64,000 nt of DNA. Source: Lama guanicoe. Its lineage: Eukaryota. Shown piece by piece: positions 48,261 to 60,850 of this stretch; the stretch's first letter is position 1, and every line of letters starts with the position of its first letter. Where the stretch lies: contig MU054974.1 in NCBI GenBank assembly GCA_013239625.1, positions 930,001-994,000 on the forward strand, read 5' to 3'. The position numbers and the translations under genes are program-made. The notes under the pieces are model-generated. The model saw only the letters and a program-made list of their open reading frames with translations, was not told the DNA's origin and made no database searches.

Positions 48261-49599
48261 ATTTACCAAACAGCAGCAGGAGCCAGAATAATGCTTCTCA
48301 TGTAAATCAGAACATATCATTTCCCGACATGAGATGCTTCTCACTCATGTTAAACCCAAGTGTACGACCTCGGTCCACCCTTTATCCAGCCTCTCCCGTT
48401 CCTGCACCTTCCTGCCCCAGCCATGCCTGGATTGTGGCGCTTGGCCCATCTGCAGGCGGTGTTCCCACCGCCTGTCAGAACCATTCAGAGCATTTCCACA
48501 TGCGTCTGTTCCAGAGACCACGCGTGCAAGTCCCACAGCCCCGGGGTTCCTGGAGGAGACTTTTTGTCCGTGTGACTGACTGGTGACTGGCAGTGCCTCC
48601 CCACAGCTTCTCTGCTCTGAGCTCCCAAACAAGCTAAGTTTCCTAGGAGCGCCACCTCAGGGCAGGGAGAAGACAGGTGGCTGCCAGGGCTAGGACAAGG
48701 GAGGGATGAACAGGCAGCGCGCAGAGGGTTTTTAACCGCTCTGGAGGGGACGCTGAAATGGGGAAGGGAAACTCCACGTACTTTCTACTCAATCTCACTA
48801 TGAATCTGAAACTGCTCTCAAATAGAAAGTTTATATTTTAAAAAACACGCCAGCTCAGAGAGCTCCTTCCTGACCACAAAAGGAGCATGTGTGGAGCCCT
48901 GTGCAGATGTGCCCACGGCCCGGGATGCCCCCCACGACAAGAGCAAATTCCTGCTTAGGTCCCTGATAGAAGTCACCCCCCGGGACATCCCGTGACAGGC
49001 ACCGCGGCCAGGCTTAGAACCCGGAGTGGGAGGGGGGAGACTCCCCCTTCTGGAACCTGACACCCGGAACACAGAGATTCATCTCCACTCTCTCCTCAAA
49101 CCCAGTAACATTCTGACACCCTAAAAGGACACACACTCATCGGATAAAAATGGGGCGAGGATAACAGCCCACGAGGATGTTAACAAACCCTGGGAACTAG
49201 AGAGAAGAGACAAGCACAAGCAGCGGTGTGCTGGGGCTCCCCGGGGGCAGGGCGCCCACCTCGCAGTGTACGCCCCCCGCAGGGGTGTAAACGCTGCTCT
49301 CAAGCTCCCAACACGGCACCCCGGGACAGAGACAGGACGCAGCGCACAGAAGCAAGCCGGTGTTCGGTACTTCCATCACGCGCAGACAACGGGCACGTGG
49401 CCTCCAGAGCAGGAAACAGTGAAGTGCACAGGGGGTGGTGGGTCTTGAGCACGTTTCCCTCCACCTCTATTTTTCATACAGGTCACCTAAGTCCCCATCA
49501 TTTAGTTTCTGATCTCGGGCTGTGTTCACCGCCTGCCCCAGCACACCCCTGCTGGTAATGAACCGACTCTGTCCACCAAGCGGCTGGAGACGGGGAGCC

Positions 49600-50170
49600 T
49601 CAAGACACACAACCGGACAGGATGAAAGCGACCTTCAACTCTGAAACGCTGACAAAGGAAACAAAACGTTCAGCCGAAGGGCTGGAAGATAAAATCGAGG
49701 CGGGTTCCTGAGACTTGAACAATGTGACAGAGACGAAAACAGGGACAGGAAAGATAAGAGAGCTGGAAGATGGTTCAGGAGACCCCGATCCGACTGCTGG
49801 AGCTGCAGGAGAGAGTGAAAAAACGTAAGGGATCATCAGAGGAATAATAGAAACATGTCCAGAACAACAACAAAAAGCCCACGGGCTCACAGCATGGAAG
49901 CGCCCAGCAGTGCAGTGAATGAACAAAGACCGAGGTACCAGGCACGCCGTGGTGCAATGCGAGAGTCCCGGGGGACAGCTGCAGATCCCGAAAGCTCCCG
50001 GAGAGGAACCAGGCCCCGTACAATCACGCTGACACCCAGGAGGCGGCAAAACGCCTTTAAGATCCCCAGAAGAGCATGATTTCTCATGCAGAGTCTTAGA
50101 CGGAGCCCAATTACCAACCAGGAGCGCGGCACAGAAAACGTCTCGACCACGGAAGGTCTTCACCCTTAGC
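49600..50170 (+). mobile_element. Degraded L1/HAL1 ORF1-like fragment
   Basis: Purine-rich stretch with agataagagagctggaagat...gaggaataatagaaacatgtccagaac...aacgcctttaagatc; disrupted, no intact ORF. Confidence 0.5.
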
Positions 50171-52499
50171 TCGCTCGCAGTCCTTCTCAGAAAGCTGCTG
50201 ACGATCAGGCTCCACGGGGACGAGGGCGCCATCTCCCCGGTCTTCCCGAGAAGGAAGGGGAGCTGGGGGCAGGAGATGGGGCGCGCTACGTGGAAGCGGG
50301 GCGCAGGAGAGACCCGCGGGTCTGTGTGCTGAAAGCGAGGGTAACGGGCCCGGCAGAGCCTGAGGATGGGCTAGGAACACAGACAGAGACACAAATGGCG
50401 CCCACGCCCTCCAAACGAAGCAGCCACTGACCCCCGGGAAGGCAAGCCGGGAACCTTGAACGGGAACGTAATCCAAGTGAACTCGTCACGGTCCGGCTGT
50501 GGGCAGCACTGACAGGGCACGGGTAACAAAACCCGAGGAGGGTCCCTGCCGGGAGGCGGGGGAGCAGCGAGAGGAGGGGACCCAGGGAGCCCCACTCCCC
50601 ATCCTCTCCGGTAAAGAAGCGCCTGGAACCCCAAAGGCAGGAAATACGGGTACAAGCACCTTGAAGGGAAAAATGCCCAAAACGGCTAACACAGTGACAG
50701 CTCGCTGTCTCAGGGACAAAGGGACAGGCCTGGAGCTGCTGCTTGTTCTCGTAAGAACGACGTCACTTTAAAACCATGTGCATTAATTGCTCTCATAAAA
50801 ATTAGAGAAATTTAAAAAAGAAATCAGCGCTTTGATTCCTTGCAGCCTGGAGGCCAGCAGCTCAGCGGGTGAAGCAGCCGCGAACACGGGCCCCTGCAGG
50901 CAGCCCCCGCCGAGGATGGAGCAGAGCGAGGTGCGTCCACGCACCACACTGGGGCTCACACGCTTCTGCAGAAGCAGGATTGCTCACCAAGCGGCAGGCG
51001 TGCCTGAGCAGAACAGGAGTTGCATAAAATGCCTCTCCAAGGGCGCCTGATGAGGGGACCTGGCCTCCCGCCCCTCCTGTGCATTGTGCACCCCCCCACC
51101 CCCAGCCACAGGATGCACTCAACGCCTTTGCGTGTGCTGGTCCCACCTCCTGAACATCCCCCCGCCCCAGGACCTCCTGGTGGCTGGCTCCTTCCCGCAG
51201 GCACCTGGCCTCAAGGCCACCTCCTCCCAGGCTGCCCACCCCACCCCCATCCGCCTCCTGTTTTATTTTCTTTATGGCATGAATAGTCTTGAAAATGCTC
51301 AGTGATGTGGTCCATGTAGGGCAGGGCAGACAGAGGGAAAGTCAAACATCCCAGTTAGAAGACGAAGGCCGGAGCTGGAGAGAAGCCAGGCGAGGCCTCA
51401 GGGGCAGAGTTTCACAACACAGCACCCAGGGCGAACGGACCTCGTAAAGGCATTCACGGCCACAGCTCCGGGACAGGCCGAGCTGCCCTGACGAACGTGC
51501 CAAGCGAGTGTCCGCGGATGCCCGGCGGAGGGGCCCGTCTCCCTCTGGGACCTGAGGGACGGGCTGCCGTTCACGTGGGCCGCTCAGGCTGGTTTGGGTC
51601 ACAACAGAAACATTCCTCTTAACCACCTTGAGCCTGGACCCACCCAGACACTGCGGTTCAGGAGCCGGCGGTGCTGAACCGGCTGGGTGGCCGCTCACCC
51701 CCGGCCATTCGCAAGCCCACCCTGCCCACGGCAACCGGGGGGAGGACGGGCTGAGTCCTTGCAGGGGCACATGCAGGCCTCCCAGCGTGGGTTTCACCCA
51801 GCTCTGAACTGTCTTCATCTCATCAGCAGATGCCAGATGCCCGATGGCCGCGACCGGACCCTGCCTCTCGTCCCTAAACGGTCTTTAAAAAAGTCCACAC
51901 GAACAGCCCGAGGTCAGGAGGGTCCTCTCCGGGGAGGGGTGTGGGGGCTGCACGTTTTGCTTTATGACATTGGAAGGGTTTGACACTCGTTCTTCTCCGA
52001 GAAGTAGGCATTGCTTTGTGTGATGGAAAACTGCTAAGCAAAGCACGCAGCACACTCACTCCACACACACACACACACACAGCCACTGTGCACTCAACCG
52101 GGAACCCTGGCGCGGCGATCACTGACAGGACGTCACGCTAAGAATCGAAGCCTAAGCGTTCAAATGGAAACAACTGGACAAAGCGCCCATCCTGCTGGCT
52201 TCTGCGGGAGCCGAGGGTCGGGAGTGTGCACTTAGCCTCCTGCATGTGAAAGTGTCACACTGAGACGGGAGCCCATTAGAAAGACGGGGTCACACGATGT
52301 CACACCCATTACCCACACGTAATTGCACCGGTTCAGGAGGAGCGCACGATCCCACTTTAACTGCCAGGAGGGGGGAACCCAGAGGGTCTCCGAGCCCATC
52401 ACTCAGAGGCCTGTCGGGGCCTGTCACACAGCAGCTGTCCCCTCGAGTGGCCCTGAATTAAGTCGGGGGTCGGGGCAGAGGAAACAGGGCAACGGCTGT

Positions 52500-52780
52500 T
52501 ACATGTCCCACATGTATCGTGTGCCTGTTTCAGGTCCATACACGTATGTGTGCACCTGTACTTGCGTGCATGTATCAGACCGAGTGTGCACACATGCACC
52601 TGTGTGTGCATTTGTACCTGTGAGCATGTTCGTGTAAGTGTACACTCGTGTGCAAACATGTATCTATGTGTGTTTATACATCTACAGGTATGTGTGTACA
52701 CGTGTACCCGTGTCTGCTTACGCGTGTCTATGTGTATTATGTGTACATACGTGTGCATGCACGCCTGAGCCATGTGTGTG
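52500..52780. repeat. Degenerate (TG/TA/CA)n purine-pyrimidine tract
   Basis: About 280 bp of near-alternating RY sequence. Confidence 0.85.
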
Positions 52781-54620
52781 CTCTGTTAAGGCACAAAAAT
52801 TCCGATCGAGCACTGCAGCCCTAGATGTGACTGGTGACCAGAGGCTGGGGCCCTATATGGCAGGCACCACGGACGGAGGGTGCTATCTGGGGTCTGTCGC
52901 ACCCTCCCCACACCTTGGCTTCCCTTTCTGGGACCGGCTGCCTGTGGCAGCAGGGGCGGGTCACAGAGGGGAACCGCTCACTACCACGTGTAAGGTGCCA
53001 GTGCTTCGGTCAACAACAGGATGCTAGACCAATGTTAAACAGTGCCCTCGCTGGCGTCCCCAGGGAACCCACGAAAGGGGAGCCTGGTGACAGCCGTCGA
53101 CAACTGCTGGGGGCCTGTTCTGGCTTCCTGTCTGCCGGGTTTGCCCAGACGGGGCAGGTGAAGCCCCACGCACCCTCCAGGCCCTGTGGCCAGCAGAGCA
53201 GAAGACACACACCTGACCATGCCATCCCCTCCCAGCCAGGGGCAGACGGCACAGCGGCTACCCTGAGACCATGCCCTGCCACGCCGACGTCCCCGCCTCC
53301 AGGCTGCCCCCCACCCCCGGCTGTGGTGCTAATGCCACCACCTTCCCAAACGGCCTTGTCCCCTCAGGAATCAGAAAAGGTTTCAGGAGCTCTCTGCGTC
53401 TCACACACACACGACAAATAGTTCATTGTTTCAACTCCAGTTTCCCCAGAACTTAGAACTGATCCCGGGAGCAGCAGGGGCCATGCGCAGCCTTGGACTT
53501 GAGTCCAGCTGGACCCCTCGCCCCCCTACCGACACACCGCCAACAGAAGAGCATGCAGGACGCCGGCCTTCCCCGCCGGTGGCCCCACAGGGGCAAAGAA
53601 GCCAGGATGTCGCGACACGCCTTACCCCTCCTGCCCACACCCAAACCCGGGCACGTGTGTGCCACGCGCGCCGATGGGGGCCGGGAAGGAGGCAGAGGGC
53701 GGCGGGGTGACAGACGCACATACCAAATAATCAGCAGTCAGTCAGCAGGGACAACGGACAGTGCTGAGAAGGGGGTCACACCACCCGCGCACCATCACCC
53801 TTCGCACACGGACACTCACCACCGTCTCTTTCCAGAGGGCGTGCGGCACCTGCGCAGGGCGGGTGCATGTGTCCCTGAGCCCGGACAGCCTAGCGCTGTG
53901 GAATATAACACAAGCCCCCTCCCCGGCCTGACTTTTCCTGCCGCCCGCCCCAGGGAGGAATGCGTGAGGTCAGGGGCTGCTGGTGTCACGGGGAGCTCGG
54001 CCCCAGATTCACCCCCAGGCACGTTCCCCAAGGGCAGGAGGACACGGTGCGCACAGGGCAATACTTGAAATGCCACTGAAATTGGTGCTTAGGGCTCCAG
54101 TTTGACCTGTGCAGAGGGCAGACGTAGGTAAAGGGCACTGCTGAAAAGTCTGGCCTTGTCTGGAATTTATTTGCATTCTTAATTTTCTTTTTACCTTATG
54201 TAACTCTCCTACTTTCAACAGCAAGTCCAAGCAGGCTTAGCTCTGCTAATAAGGAAATGTGAATTAAAATAAAGTGCCTGATTACCCCCCCACGAGGGAA
54301 CGAGAAAATTTAAAAGACTGATTGATGCTAGCGGCGCTGGTGAAGGGGTCGGGTGGAGGATTTCTGAAGGCGATTCTGAATTTCCAAATCGTTCCTACTA
54401 CCTAGCGACTCTCGGCAGTCATCCTACAGAAAGCCCGGCGTGCAAAGCCACATGGACGAGGCTGCACCTCCATCGGGGGCTGGTTAACAGACACGTGCAG
54501 GGGACCGAGCCACGTGCGCGAGATTCGCCAGGGAGCACACGGCAGCCCGGCCGCACGGAAAGGCAGGTGCAGGGCGGGCAGCAGGCCGGGATGGCCCACG
54601 TGCGTCCAGGGAGGAGGTCT

Positions 54621-54652
<32 letters not shown>

Positions 54653-54680
54653 ACACGGACACAGACAGACACAGACGCAG
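54621..54680. repeat. (CA)n microsatellite with degenerate tail
   Basis: About 13 perfect AC units followed by (CAGA/CA) variants. Confidence 0.9.
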
Positions 54681-57600
54681 ACCCGACTGCTAACAGTGAC
54701 CATCTCTGGGCGGGGAGAACGGCCAGGGGACTCACTTTTTACGTTTGTTTTTAAAACAATGAGTTGCCCTTTCTATCGCTTTGCAAAAAATATTTAATAC
54801 GTTAACAATGCACGTCTCCTCTCTACTCAAGTCGGTGGACAAATCTCACACGCAGCGTGCTGCCCTGTGGGGCGGGTGCGGTGGTCCCCGCGCCCGCCCA
54901 CCTCTCGGTGTCAGCGTCTGTTCCAGTCGAGTCTCTGCCCCTAGCGTTCACATAAAAATGAGAAGTGGCCTCCTTTCCTGCACGCACTTCGTGCTTTTTA
55001 TGACCACAGAGTAACAGGAGAGCCCACCCTCTTCGCTTTAACCTGGGAACCGTCTCAACTCAACACAGTACTGAACAGAAGCAAGCAGCCTTGCTTTCAA
55101 TTCCCTTACAGCTGAGGATTCCAAACTACGTCTTGAAAATAAAGGGCTCAGCCAACAAAATCCAAAGACACACGATCCGGGGGGAGGGGGTAACTAGGAA
55201 AAAAAACTTGTAACACAGATGCCAGGGACTGGAGTTCCTGATTAGAGCAGAAAGAAAAGATCTAACAGATCACAGAGCCCTGGCCCCAAAGAGCAGGTAA
55301 CCGAGCACACACATGTACAGAACCAGCCAACAACACGGGAAGGGCTTTGTAACCCTGGAAGTGGAGCCGTGCTCCTTACAGACGCCCCCTAAGCTGGCAT
55401 GACAGGCCCCTGGGACTGCCGCGCGCACGGACACCAACGACTAGTCTGGCAGCGGGCGAGTGGAGGGGCGGGCAGGAGCGACAGCCCCGCCCGCCCACGC
55501 ACGGCACACGCGTGCCAGCAAAGGGTGGAGGGGAGATGGCGGCTTGCCTTTTGTTTATACAAATTAAACTGGCCTTTCTCTTCCCTCTAAAGCTGGAAAA
55601 CCATGGTTGACCAGGTATCAATTGGCCAAAATTAAGATTAATCATAAAATGATTCAAATCCCAGGCAGGGGGTGACATGGAGAGCCTCTCTTTCCCATCA
55701 GACCTCACCGATGACCCCCCTGCTCCCCCAAAAGAGAAGACGGAGCATCTCGTCCCTAGACTGGGGCCTGCAGCCTAGGAAGAGGGCAGGGGAAGAGTCG
55801 GGGGCAGAACGGCAGTGCGGCAGGGAAGGAAAAACAGGCAGTGCACCTGCTGCCCTGTGGACTTTCCCCCAAGCCAGCCCCGAGGGACGAGGGACGGCGG
55901 CCAGGTCCCGCCCTCCGCAGGGGCCAAGCACCGACCTTCCGCTGGACCCCACTGAGGCTTCTACAAAGTGTCAGCTTAGCCAAGCTGCGAGGCAGACTGA
56001 GAAACAAAGTGATTTTACCTGTATCTTGTGCTTCTCAGATCTTCCCAACTGTTTCTAGAAAGGAGTCTTCAGAAATCTTGGCTCTGAAAATAATGAGGAA
56101 CAAGGATATTTAAACACTTAAACTGTCTGTCCACATAAACTCAACAAGACTGCTGGAAAGGCCCCGAAAAGAAACCCTGCCTTAACTTCTGGACCTCCGG
56201 CAGCACACGCTCATCTGTGCATTTATGCAAACTGGAGGTGGGGGGGTGTGAGATCCTGCGCCCACGAACAAAGGAAGTGCAACCCGTCGGTCACCCAGGT
56301 GCCGGAGCTGCTCCCCAGCCACTGACCGCCACCACTTCCCTGCCGAGGGAGCCGTTCAAATGCGAGCCGGGGTCACTGTCAGCTGAGAGTCTGTTAGTCA
56401 CAAAAGCATCACCGACTTGTCTACTGGCCTCAGATACGCGGCCTTTAGAGCCCACTGCCGTTGAGATCCAAGGGCGCAAGGCACAAGGGAGAAGAGATGC
56501 AGGTGACGCGCTCACAAGATGATTTCCTCAAGAACCCACTTACAACTCCCTCTTCCTTTGTTTCTGGTTGTTTTTAAGCCAAACAGAAGAGTTTCCACAC
56601 TGGTGTAGCAAGTTCCTGCAGGGTATTTGTCACCCCCTCCCAGTGCAGGATGGAGCCCTCAAACACAGGTCCCTGAGTCCAGTAAGATCACAGACTATCA
56701 GACCACGGGTCAGAACTGAACCACCAGAGGCCACCAGCAGGGCTGATGAAGGTTTAGAGGCTGGTTATCAATGGGCGCTGACACCTCTGATGACTGCAAA
56801 TGGTTCAACATACTTTTTAAGCCTCAGAGTCAAATTCCAGCATTTTTTGTGGGTGGAATATTTTTTTTGCTTTTGCTTTAAGGGCTTAGACAATTTTTGC
56901 CATTTTTCCGAAGACAGCCGAGCAGTGGCAGATGCTCCCTGGAAACACGGCTGACGCCCCGTCTCTCCCACAGCCCCGGGGGCAGTGGGACCAGCGTGCC
57001 TGCAGCACACAAACCAGCCGGTACCCCACTCACCCACGTCCACCCACGCGCACGCCTTCCAGGGCCACCCACGGCCCCTCGGTGCCCAGCAGGTCCCCTG
57101 AACCCTAAGCAAACAGCTCGAGGCACCAGATGTGACCTCAAGGTGACAGGCGGAAGTGGGTGGGCTGCACCAGGCGCCACTGTGCTGTGCGGCCCGAGGC
57201 TGGTTCTGGGTCCTTCCCACACAGCGGCTGCTTCTGACGGCCAGTGCGAGGGCAAAAATATCTTCAGGTGAGCAAGCAGGGAAGTGTCCCGGACAAGGTC
57301 ATACCCACCAGGACCCGGAACCGATGTCTCCTGTTACAACGCTGGGCGAGGGGTCGGCACAACCGCTGGGCAGGCGATGGGCAAACCAGACGACCTGTTC
57401 ACATGGGGCTCCCCTACCACGGGGCACAGGGGCGCCTGGGGGCTGCTGGAAACACTTCGGGGAAAAAGAAGTGGGTCTCCCGTGAGTAACAGGTTGAGGT
57501 AAACAATGCGAATGCCAAGAATTTTAAAACCAAAGAACGCCTTTCTTCTAGAAATCCAGTAAGTGTTTGTCACTCTAATAAATAAAAGCCTGGAGCGGCC

Positions 57601-58370
57601 TGTTCTGTGGTTGGACAAGGCGTGCATCGCAGTCGCCCTGACTTCATGGTGCTGAGCAACAGGGGCAGCAGGTTAGGGGGTCTGCGTGCGCGTCTTCGGC
57701 TTGACCCCCTCCTACAAGGCACCGGGACACCAGCGTCCCCCACTCCCCTCCGCTTTCTGCCTTCAAGCCACATCTTCACATCTACCCCCCATCAAAGAGC
57801 TTCTAGCCCCAAGGCTCCTGAGTGAAGACACACACTTCTGGCTCAGCCGACCGCGAGGCCCCGGGGGCCCCCAGCTGTCTGTACCCTTTACCGCGGCAAT
57901 TTTTCCTCTCCTTTCCCAACATAAAAACCCACAAGCTATAATTAGTTATCACACAATGAAGAATGCAAAAGAGGTGCTCTGTGTGCCATTACGAATCAGA
58001 TCAGTCTGTGCATCTCCTTCAGGTATGCATACCTGCTTATCACGGACCGCAGCGGTCCACTTGCCAAAGAAGTGAATGACACTGCCCAGAAGAGAGAGGT
58101 GCCTCCCTCTCATGCAGGAGAAATCCGGTCTTCACTGCCACCCCCACACCCCCAACCCAGCAGGGAGTGTGGGAGCCCCAGTGCCCAGGCCCTGACGCCA
58201 GCTGTCGTATGACCGTTTAAGGCAACAGCGCAGGGCCCAGGTGAAGGGGGCCTGCGTCCTGCTTACATTCTGCAAATGTGACCTCGCCTTCCCAAGGCCC
58301 CTTGCCTCAGCAGTAGCCCGACGCTCTCCAGCACGTGGAGAAGACACAGGTGGTGTGGGGCCGGGCGTGG

Positions 58371-58560
58371 GACTCTGTGGTCAGAACCGCCTGGGTTCCG
58401 GGCCCAGCTTCTCCATTTTCCAGCTGTGTGACCCTGGGGAAGTTCCTGCGCTTTTCTGTGCCTCTGCTTCCTCATCCAGGAAATGGGGATAATAGTGCCT
58501 ACCTCACGTTAAGTTCCACGAGTGACCCATGCGAACAGCTTAGAGCTAGGGAGCACCAAA
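58371..58560 (+). mobile_element. MIR SINE
   Basis: cctgggttc...cagctgtgtgaccctgggga...tctgtgcctctgcttcctcatc...aaatggggataatagtgcctacctca, the MIR core. Confidence 0.8.
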
Positions 58561-60589
58561 CACCGACGATGACTCTTCCACCTGCGAAGTGGAGCCAGCC
58601 ACACCTAACCTGACTTCCGTACCTTGCCAGACACAGACGCCAGGGTCTGGCCCCCAGCAGGTGTGAGCACACTTCCAGCCCCTGTGATGACCGGGGGCCC
58701 CCACCAGCCCCCTCCTCTCAGGGACGCCAGAGCTCAGCCCCTGGGTTTGCCCGGGGCCACCTCCACGCTCTGCTGGGAACAGGGGCCTTGCCTCTGCGGT
58801 TGCAGATGGGGAGGGGGCCCCAGGCCCCACCTGCTGGACCTCCTCACTTCCGCCCAGAAGCCCACCCTGAGGAGCCCGAGCAATGGGGAGATGCCAGCAG
58901 CACCCACCCACGCGCCCTGTCTGGGGCGGGCCTGCACACCAGCGCAGGACACTGATCTGCATCTCTGAGGAGGGCCGCGTGAGGCAGGCTGGCTATCACA
59001 CACTGAGATGTGGGGCTGGGGGCACGCGCTGGGGCAACCAAGCTTTCTGGGAGCCACTGGGTGACACCTGCCAAGATTCCACGTCCAGACCCTCTGACCC
59101 AGCAGTCCTCCTTCAGGAGTTCAGTTGGGCACAACCCCACGTGTATAAGATGCCCAAGTATGAGGCTGCTGACAGGAAAGTCCGGGAAACACCTGGTCTA
59201 CCTGTGTGCGTGCAGACCTGTGTATGTGGAAACTGATTTGTATACCAGCTATGGCACAGCTGTAGGACGGAATACTATGCAGCTGTTAAAAAGGTGGCCA
59301 CTGAGCTAAAAAGAGGTCCAAGATACTCAGTTCCATTAAAAGTAAGGTTCCCAATGGTGTTATGATGTGCTCCTATTTGTGTAGGCACCATTTCCGTGTT
59401 CACATAATTTAATCAAAACTATTTTTAGATCTGCATTTAATCAAAGATCTGTTGGCAGTGACCAACCACAGTGGCTTTGGTCTGGGGTAGGAGCATGTTT
59501 CTCTTTCACTACTCAAGTTCTTTCGATTGGATTCTTACCTTAAGCATGTGGTTTCCTAGTTAAAATACTTGAAATCTAATATTAAAAGTAAAGTATATTA
59601 AATGTAAAAAGTTTGGAAAACAAAAGGCCTGAGAAGAAAAATGGGAGGGTAATTTCAAAAAACAGGTTACCATAACTATTAACATACGATTCCCCTTTCT
59701 GAAATTTACTAAACGTATTTCATCCAAATGGAAATTTTTAAGAACAGCTGACAGATTTTACATCATTTCTGGCTGTTGTGACATTTTGTTAGAACTGCTT
59801 CTCCTAAGAAAACTCAGACATAGAGGAAAGCACTTCTGTTTAGGTTGAGTACAGGAGACCCCAACCCCAGCGCAGGGCCTGGGGGAGGGCAGGCTGAAAA
59901 GACTCCACGGTGCCCCGGGAAGTAGGGGAGGCAGGCTCGCAGCCACATGGCAGGAGGAACAGAGACCTGGAAGTCCCAGAAAGAAGGAAGGACCTGTCGC
60001 CTGTGGGCTGCCGGAGGCGAGGGCGGGCCCCCGAGTGAACTGTGCCCCAGGAGTCCCTGCACGTGGCACCGTCCCACGTGATCCAGGGCTCCCAGGCACC
60101 GACTTGTGGCTGTGTGACGCTCCAGAGTCAAATATCATACTGTTGGACGTTCAGATCATTGCCAGTTTCCCACTTAAAATTCATCTTTAAAGACTGATTT
60201 TAACAACCAGCAAAACTTGAGCAAGAAGCCCTTCTTTCTAGAATGGAGAGCCTACACGCAGAGGTCTGGGTGCCACACAGAGGACACCGTGAGATGGTCG
60301 TAAGTCCCTGTCCTCACACACGGTGGAGGGGGCAGGAAACAGGCCCAGAACACTTGCTCGTCACGCCCACAGGCTTGCTTCCTTCTACTGGGAAACACTG
60401 CGCAGAACTTCCATGACTCACGGCCATTTGACTCACTGCTACGTTTTCCATTAGTTGGGGTCTTTTCGAAAAGGCCTAATTTTCTCTGCTATGAAACACA
60501 GTCAATGTCTAAAACTTTTTAAATACTTTTCCCAAGCCAATTAGATGCCTTAATTCAGTCCACGTTTATTCTCCCCCTAATGGGGGAGG

Positions 60590-60850
60590 CAGCAAAATGT
60601 GGTGGCCAGAGTGCGGGCTCTGAGGCCAGCCTGCCTGGGCTCAGATCTGGGGCGGCCACTTCTCAGCTGTGTGACCTAGAACAGGTCCCTCCCCTCCGGC
60701 TGCTCCCTCAGCTCCTCCCCCAGCTGCTCCCTCAGCCCCTCCACCTCCCCAGCTCCTCTCCGGGAGAGGAGGTGATGCACCCCACCTCCGGGGAGGGAGC
60801 AGCATGAATGAGGAGCTGTAAAGCACATCCGTGTGCTGCAGGAGTGGACA
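60590..60850 (+). mobile_element. MIR SINE with an internal 12-bp tandem expansion
   Basis: ggctctgaggccagcctgcctgggctcagatc...agctgtgtgacct, followed by (cagctgctccct)-like repeats at about 60694-60760. Confidence 0.6.
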
